DNA from: a virus
Taxonomy: Duplodnaviria; Caudoviricetes
Strand: one strand, 5' to 3'
Length of the DNA: 60,702 bases
IMG/VR virus record: IMGVR_UViG_3300025872_000060
Location: 1-60,702 of that record
The notes under the pieces are model-generated. The model had not been told where the DNA came from. It searched no databases and saw only the letters and a list, made by a program, of their open reading frames with translations. The translations under genes and the position numbers were made by a program. Shown here in pieces: positions 54,927-60,702 of this stretch (within the stretch, counting starts at the first letter, position 1; every line of letters begins with the position of its first letter).

Positions 54927-55165
54927 AAGCCCTCCTTTCCTACATGATATGTTGTAAACTTATTCTTGCAAGGCATTTAGGCAGCAAATTTGCGTTTTAA
55001 ACATGCAAAAAACTTGGCTGTTTTATTTATCCGACGAAGGCTGATATAGATGCATTTTCTATTCTTTTAAAAACAAAGTTATTGCCTACATGCGTAATAG
55101 CATAAAGTTTGTGCAGGATAAAAGTTTTAATTGCTTTAACATTGACTTTACGAGGGGGGGGAGTA

Positions 55166-55858
55166 ATGCACAAAGAGTCCAATAACATACATGGCGAAAG
55201 CGCTACCCATGTTTGCCCTGAATGTTCAAGGCAATGTGCAGAGTGCAAAGAAAAAATTAGCAAAATGGAAAGTAAGATGCTAAAAATGACAATAGCTCTT
55301 ACATCCGCTTTTACCCTGCTTGGTCAGCATGCCATAGGATATATCGTAGACATACTAAATAAAACTGATAAAATAGTTGGAAAAGATATTCCTCAAGATT
55401 CTGCAAGCAGTGCTGGAAAAATTGGATATAGATTCGATGCCAAAAAATCGAATCAAACAATTAACTTTACTTCACATTTTAATCCCTACAGCGATGCGCT
55501 CCAGGATACAGAAGGCGCAAAACAGACATTTCTTGTAGATGCAAAAAAGCACAATTCGCCATCAGCAATTAAAGGTTCATATTCAAGCGAGTGGATATTG
55601 TCTAAACCTCAAGACTTAAACCATGGATATTTTTTAACAACAGATAATATCCCTGAGTTGGTTTTAGATAATATGCATATGGTTTCAAAATTACACGATA
55701 TGGTAGAATTGACTGCTGCACCATTAGTTAATGACACTGACTACAATTCCAGTGCGAGCATGCTTCAAAGCTCTATAAGCAATTACAATATTCCTAATCC
55801 AAGCACCATATGCATATTGGCATTTGGCGGATTGGCAAACATTAGATCTAGATACTAA
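55166..55858 (+). CDS. Protein with degenerate PEP-CTERM-like tail
   Basis: C-terminal IPNPSTICILAFGGLANIRSRY; N-terminal CxxC motifs. Confidence 0.55.
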   Translation: MHKESNNIHGESATHVCPECSRQCAECKEKISKMESKMLKMTIALTSAFTLLGQHAIGYIVDILNKTDKIVGKDIPQDSASSAGKIGYRFDAKKSNQTINFTSHFNPYSDALQDTEGAKQTFLVDAKKHNSPSAIKGSYSSEWILSKPQDLNHGYFLTTDNIPELVLDNMHMVSKLHDMVELTAAPLVNDTDYNSSASMLQSSISNYNIPNPSTICILAFGGLANIRSRY

Positions 55859-55876
55859 AAGGATAATGGGGGAATC

Positions 55877-56509
55877 ATGAAAAATTTATTTGTATTGACA
55901 ACTTGTTTATGTATGGGCGCACAAGCTGGCGCCGATTTGGTGGATGGAAGTTTCGAATCTTTCGATGTGCCTGGATATGGATTCTATTCTGGAGGATTCG
56001 ATACGCCATGGCTCACGACAGCTCCCGATAATCTAATTGAGGGGTGGTCAGATGGATTTCTCGGCGTGCCCGCGTATGAAGGCAGCCACTTTGCGGAACT
56101 CAACGCGAACTACGCATCGACGCTCTATCAAGATGTCAACGGTCTCGGCGACTTCCAGCAGATCAACTGGCGTTTCGCGCACAGGGGCCGCGACGGCGTC
56201 GACACCATGAGGTTCACCATCACCGACCTCGGCACCGATCAGCAGTTCGGCGGCGGCGATGACACGATACTCTTCACGGGAGATTTTTCCGACGGAAACA
56301 CGGCATGGGGTCTTTACGGCGGTACTGTCACCTCCGTAGGCAATCTAACTAGGTTTGCCTTCGAGGCACTAAGCGCAGTCGGCGGAAGCACGCAGGGCAA
56401 CTTCCTCGATGATTGCGGATTTGGACAAAATGTCGTGGTTCCCGCTCCAGGAGCCGCATCATTGCTATTGCTGGCAGGGGTTTTGTGTGGAAGAAAAAGA
56501 AGAAGATAA
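55877..56509 (+). CDS. PEP-CTERM sorting domain surface protein
   Basis: Signal peptide, DGSFE beta-sandwich start, VPAPGAASLLLLAGVLCGRKRRR tail. Confidence 0.85.
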   Translation: MKNLFVLTTCLCMGAQAGADLVDGSFESFDVPGYGFYSGGFDTPWLTTAPDNLIEGWSDGFLGVPAYEGSHFAELNANYASTLYQDVNGLGDFQQINWRFAHRGRDGVDTMRFTITDLGTDQQFGGGDDTILFTGDFSDGNTAWGLYGGTVTSVGNLTRFAFEALSAVGGSTQGNFLDDCGFGQNVVVPAPGAASLLLLAGVLCGRKRRR

Positions 56510-56522
56510 AGGTTTATTTAAA

Positions 56523-57380
56523 ATGATTAAGTTATCTACAATTGCATGCATGATAGCCGTAGCTGGATGCGCTACACCAGAAAAGCGGCATGCTCCAATT
56601 GCTTCGGAAAAATCATCATTAACGATGATATCCTCAATGGCGGAGCATATGGAGCGCGAGAATCAGGACATATCTCGTGATGCCATCTCTATACAAAAGG
56701 ATATAGCATCGGCAGATAAGGATCTTGATTCCATTTACGACATGATTCCAGATGCGGGGCAGGAGACGCTGGACATAGCCATAGATAAGATATGGGAAGC
56801 GGAACAGAATGCCAAGCAGATCTCGGACAGTGCTACAAGGCTTCAGGAGGAGATAGATAAGCTTGAAGTCGTCACGACGCAGGTAAAGGATGTAGAGCAA
56901 AGGCTCACCGAGTTGCAAAGCGCGGAAGCAGAGACTAGAGCGAAGGCAATGGAGAAACTTTACGGGTACATAACTCTGTTCTTCGCGCTTGGTTTCTTGG
57001 TGGTTACTGCTGGCGCGGTCGTCGCTTTCTTCGTTAACAAATCCCTCGGCTTTATCATGATGCTCGTAGGAGGAATCATGATAGGATTCGCAGCGGCCAG
57101 CCAATACTACCTTCAGCAGATAGCTTTGGTGGGAGGGATACTTCTAGGAATACTGGTCGCTTCCGGGCTCGTTTTCATGATATTGAGCATGATCAAGGGC
57201 AAGAAGACCGAAGACACTCTCGACGAAGTGATACAAATAATAAAGGTTCTCATGGAGACCATGGAACCTGGAGAGAAGGACAGGATATTCGGGAAGAACG
57301 GGATAGCGGAAAACGCCAAGTCAGATCTTACGAAGAAGGTTCTGGCTCAAATATCTCCCGACGCATCAGGCAAGAAATAA
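56523..57380 (+). CDS. Lipoprotein with coiled coil and 3 TM helices
   Basis: Lipobox IAVAGC after ATG 56523. Confidence 0.65.
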   Translation: MIKLSTIACMIAVAGCATPEKRHAPIASEKSSLTMISSMAEHMERENQDISRDAISIQKDIASADKDLDSIYDMIPDAGQETLDIAIDKIWEAEQNAKQISDSATRLQEEIDKLEVVTTQVKDVEQRLTELQSAEAETRAKAMEKLYGYITLFFALGFLVVTAGAVVAFFVNKSLGFIMMLVGGIMIGFAAASQYYLQQIALVGGILLGILVASGLVFMILSMIKGKKTEDTLDEVIQIIKVLMETMEPGEKDRIFGKNGIAENAKSDLTKKVLAQISPDASGKK

Positions 57381-57384
57381 CCGC

Positions 57385-57912
57385 TCATTTCAAATCCTCA
57401 CAATCAATTGAACTAGCAGAGGAAGATTCGATGTTCAAGTGTTTGTAGGGCGGTGAATATATTGGGCATGAGTCTACAAGTACGGCAACGCCAGCTTCTC
57501 GCAGTTCGTTCTCAAACATGAGAACCAGCCGTTCTGTTCGTGCCATCCCAAGTATCGATACAAAATATGGAGGGATGCTGATGTGAGACCTAGTCATCAC
57601 ATCCTCTTTGAAATTGCATGACCTATCGTTGAATTCTTTGGTCACTTCGCTCTCAGTCATCTGCTTCCTATTTGCCGCTGACCAAATATTTAGTTCTAAA
57701 TTAGATTCAGATGTGATCGCTGCATAGATGCGTTCTCTGACATCCCACTGCGTGCTGCCAATAGGAATAGCGCTCGATGGAAAAACAAAGGCATCATCCA
57801 ATTCGGACTCATCTATTTTATCTGTTTCTTTAAAGATATAAAGAATTGAAATGAGCAGACACACGGAAAAAACAATGAAACAAAAAAGCAATAGCAATGC
57901 GGAGTCTTGCAT
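57385..57912 (-). CDS. Membrane-anchored hypothetical protein
   Basis: N-terminal TM helix. Confidence 0.55.
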   Translation of the reverse strand: MQDSALLLLFCFIVFSVCLLISILYIFKETDKIDESELDDAFVFPSSAIPIGSTQWDVRERIYAAITSESNLELNIWSAANRKQMTESEVTKEFNDRSCNFKEDVMTRSHISIPPYFVSILGMARTERLVLMFENELREAGVAVLVDSCPIYSPPYKHLNIESSSASSIDCEDLK

Positions 57913-57945
57913 GTCTTTATTTTAGCCTCACCCCGTGAGGAGTAG

Positions 57946-58167
57946 TTATTTTTTGTAGATTTCTTCGGTGTATTTTGCGACTGAAGCAGCAATTTCTTCT
58001 CTATTTACCTGAATATGCGAAGCAAACATGCATGAAAGCTTCACTCGACCCGATCCGCTGGCGCGCAAAATCTCGATGATGCCGATGGGATCATTCGGAT
58101 CCCCAATGACGATTTTTTCCCCTGTGCAGCGGCTGATAACCAGATTCTTAGCATCCTTGACTTCCAT
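57946..58167 (-). CDS. csrA: CsrA-like translational regulator
   Basis: LVISRCTGEKIVIGD...RVKL...IQVNREEI. Confidence 0.75.
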   Translation of the reverse strand: MEVKDAKNLVISRCTGEKIVIGDPNDPIGIIEILRASGSGRVKLSCMFASHIQVNREEIAASVAKYTEEIYKK

Positions 58168-58201
58168 AACTTGATTCCTTTCTAGGCTTCAGAACGGGTC
58201 A

Positions 58202-58230
58202 ATTGTAGCAAGTTATTTACAGCTTGTCAA
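58202..58230 (-). promoter_or_regulatory. Sigma70 promoter TTGACA-17-TACAAT upstream of csrA
   Basis: Near-consensus hexamers and spacing. Confidence 0.8.
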
Positions 58231-58255
58231 TCAAAAAACAGAATCTGGCGGAAAA

Positions 58256-58701
58256 TTACAGCCTGCCGTCTCTGCACATCTGGGCTATTCTCTTCGCCTT
58301 CTTCCTATCGCCTATTGTGGCCAGCCACATCCATCCAGTGTCGAACTCTGGTATGCAGAAATCTATGCGGTAAACCCGCTCGCGCTTGTCGTCTGTCTGC
58401 TCCACAATGCGGGTTAATACCTGCTTTTCTATCCTCACACCAGCCTTGGACTTCTCTTCCTTTTCTCGGTGAGACATATTCCCCTCCAACATGTGGCTGA
58501 AATTTAGCCGTTAAGTACATTCAATGCATTATCTATTTTTGTTTGCAAATCTATTATCTTTGCGCCTATGGCTTTGCAGCATATTTTAACATTAGGATCT
58601 TTGTTCCACATCGGAGTGTTGCTCAATATATCTACAAGAATTGTAAGAGCGTTATCCGGTGTTATTTCATCGGATCCTTCTGGCGTGATTGAATCTGGCA
58701 T
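58256..58701 (-). CDS. Two small hypothetical genes (58256..58492, 58504..58701)
   Basis: ORF tiling with SD-like sequences. Confidence 0.5.
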
Positions 58702-58758
58702 ATTGTTCTCCTTTGTCTGATATTACATTCATTTTGTCACAATGACCTGCAAGATTGT

Positions 58759-59100
58759 TCAGCCAAGTAATTCATCAATTGACTTCTTATAGTCGTTGAT
58801 AGAACGTATTCCAACGAGCCTGGCAACTTCCTTGCCACGATGCCATAAGGTGACAGTAGGAAGAGCAGTGATATTGCATGACATGGCTAATGATGTATTA
58901 TTATCGCAGTTGACCTTAACCACAGCAGCCCTTCCTTCGTATTCCTTAGCGAGTTGGTTCATAACTGGAGTTATCATCCTGCATGGACCGCACCATACAG
59001 CCCACCAATCCACCAATACTGGTATGTCGCTTCTAACAACGAGAGAATCGAATTCCTCGCTGCCAATATCTATAGCTTTTACATTTACTTCTTCACCCAT
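58759..59100 (-). CDS. trxA: Thioredoxin
   Basis: VLVDWWAVWCGPC active site. Confidence 0.92.
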   Translation of the reverse strand: MGEEVNVKAIDIGSEEFDSLVVRSDIPVLVDWWAVWCGPCRMITPVMNQLAKEYEGRAAVVKVNCDNNTSLAMSCNITALPTVTLWHRGKEVARLVGIRSINDYKKSIDELLG

Positions 59101-59110
59101 TTTTCCTCTT

Positions 59111-60136
59111 TTAGACTATATCTTGTAATGTTTTCTCTCTGTATGCCAGATCAAGGTCATGCTCCACCATCATCTTCGCCAATTGTTCAACAGATACTTT
59201 AGGATCCCATCCAAACTTTTTCTTAGCTTTCGAAGGATCTCCAAGCAGCTGATCGACTTCAGCTGGTCGAAAATATCTAGGATCTATTTCGACGAAATCC
59301 CTATAGTCAAGTCCTGCTGCGGAGAAAGCCATCTCACAGAAGTCTCTGACAGATACCATCCTTCCAGTAGCTATTACATAATCACTTGGTTCATCTTGCT
59401 GAAGCATGAGCCACATGGCTTCTACAAAATCTCCAGCGAACCCCCAATCTCGTAAGGCATCCATATTTCCAAGATAAAGTTTCTTCTGAATGCCCATCTT
59501 TATGCGACCAACGGCTCTCGTGATCTTGCGCGTCACAAATGTCTCGCCACGGCGCGGACTTTCGTGATTGTATAGAATTCCGCATGATGCGTGTATTCCA
59601 TAACTTTCTCTATAATTTATTGTAAGCCAATGAGAAAACAACTTGGCGCATCCGTAGGGTGATCGCGGCCAGAAAGGAGTCGTCTCCTTCTGCGGCACTT
59701 CCTGCACCTTGCCAAACATCTCGCTGGAAGATGCTTGATAGAAACGGATAGTCTTTCCAGAATACTCTTGCGCACACTTGACTGCGTTAAGTATCTTTGC
59801 CGTACCTATCGCATCTATCTCGCATGTATAAACTGGCTGGTCAAAAGAAATCTTCACATGGCTTTGTGCCGCGAGATTGTAAACTTCGTCTGGGCTAATC
59901 TTGCTAACTATTGAAGAAATGCATGAAGCATCTGTCATGTCGCCATGATGCAAGAAGAATCTTGTCTCTGGATCTCGTGGATCCTTCATGAGATGATCTA
60001 TCCTCTCCGTGTTGAAGCTTGATGACCTTCTCACCATTCCATGGACGGTGTAACCTTTTTTGAGAAGAAATTCAGAAAGGTAGCTTCCGTCCTGTCCCGT
60101 CACTCCTGTTATGAACGCAATTTTCCTGTTAGGCAT
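59111..60136 (-). CDS. gmd: GDP-mannose 4,6-dehydratase
   Basis: [54 protein letters not shown]. Confidence 0.96.
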   Translation of the reverse strand: MPNRKIAFITGVTGQDGSYLSEFLLKKGYTVHGMVRRSSSFNTERIDHLMKDPRDPETRFFLHHGDMTDASCISSIVSKISPDEVYNLAAQSHVKISFDQPVYTCEIDAIGTAKILNAVKCAQEYSGKTIRFYQASSSEMFGKVQEVPQKETTPFWPRSPYGCAKLFSHWLTINYRESYGIHASCGILYNHESPRRGETFVTRKITRAVGRIKMGIQKKLYLGNMDALRDWGFAGDFVEAMWLMLQQDEPSDYVIATGRMVSVRDFCEMAFSAAGLDYRDFVEIDPRYFRPAEVDQLLGDPSKAKKKFGWDPKVSVEQLAKMMVEHDLDLAYREKTLQDIV

Positions 60137-60151
60137 GCCATTATTTCGGCA

Positions 60152-60700
60152 TTAGTCCGAGCCAGCTTTATATTTGATCTTGCCTAAAGAGAAGTCAAGC
60201 ACTTCGTCTAGGTTGGGTATATTGCCCGTTTTGTCGAATATCTTCCAAGCGAAGTAGCTGCTGCATGCTTGTTCCGGTTCCACGCATCGCTTTCCCCATT
60301 CGCTTTTCATCTTTTTAAGAGAATGCATTTTCTTCAAGGTGGATGCATGCATGCTTATTACTTTTGATTTCATCAAAAATCAACTCCGAGATGTGTTGAA
60401 TGATTCGCAAATAGAATTTAAATCCTGCATGCGTATCTTCGGCACATTCATTTCTATGTTATTCTCCCTAATTATAGACATCGCTCCCATGAAGGCTTCA
60501 AGCAATTTCGCGGTTCGGGCTTTCAATGCTTCGTTCTCTAAACTTATTTTTTCGTTTTCGACTAGGAGTTTAGACACCATGTATTTCATGAAGCGCCGTG
60601 ATTCGACATCTCCATGAGAGTCAAAATCCCTCATCAAATCTTCCATGCCATCTATAGCGGCAAATGAAATAAACTCAGATGAATGCGCCATCATTTCCAT
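60152..60700 (-). CDS. Two hypothetical genes (60152..60376, 60380..60700; the latter may start beyond the window)
   Basis: ORF track and tiling. Confidence 0.5.
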
Positions 60701-60702
60701 TT

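Overview
This window looks like part of a large (probably jumbo) phage genome; the host is inferred to be a planctomycete from the PAPG-type PEP-CTERM genes, csrA and clpS. No capsid, terminase or DNA polymerase gene is visible, so 'phage' is an inference. Nearly all genes are on the minus strand. (1) From 1.6 to 32.7 kb lies a GC-rich array of about 60 small genes. Almost every one is preceded by the same 11-mer, GGCGTCAAAAC (about 58 co-oriented copies by manual count, about 41 of them exactly 15 nt before an ATG). The array includes uvsE, clpS, two tRNAs, a MoxR-type ATPase/VWA pair, a possible AcrVA2-like gene and a candidate structured ncRNA. (2) From 33 to 39.6 kb are a tyrosine recombinase and a largely non-coding region of repeats and candidate ncRNAs. 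(3) At 39.8-42.8 kb is a minimal type V-like CRISPR locus: a ~623-aa TnpB/Cas12-like RuvC protein, a candidate tracrRNA with two anti-repeats, and 10-11 36-bp repeats, with no cas1/cas2. (4) From 43 to 60.7 kb is a lower-GC region with winged-helix-like paralogs, an ECF-sigma-like gene, fcl, gmd, trxA, csrA and PEP-CTERM proteins. About 15 unrelated proteins share a C-terminal D-P-[LI]-x-x-L motif. All counts and family assignments were made by eye; no searches were run.
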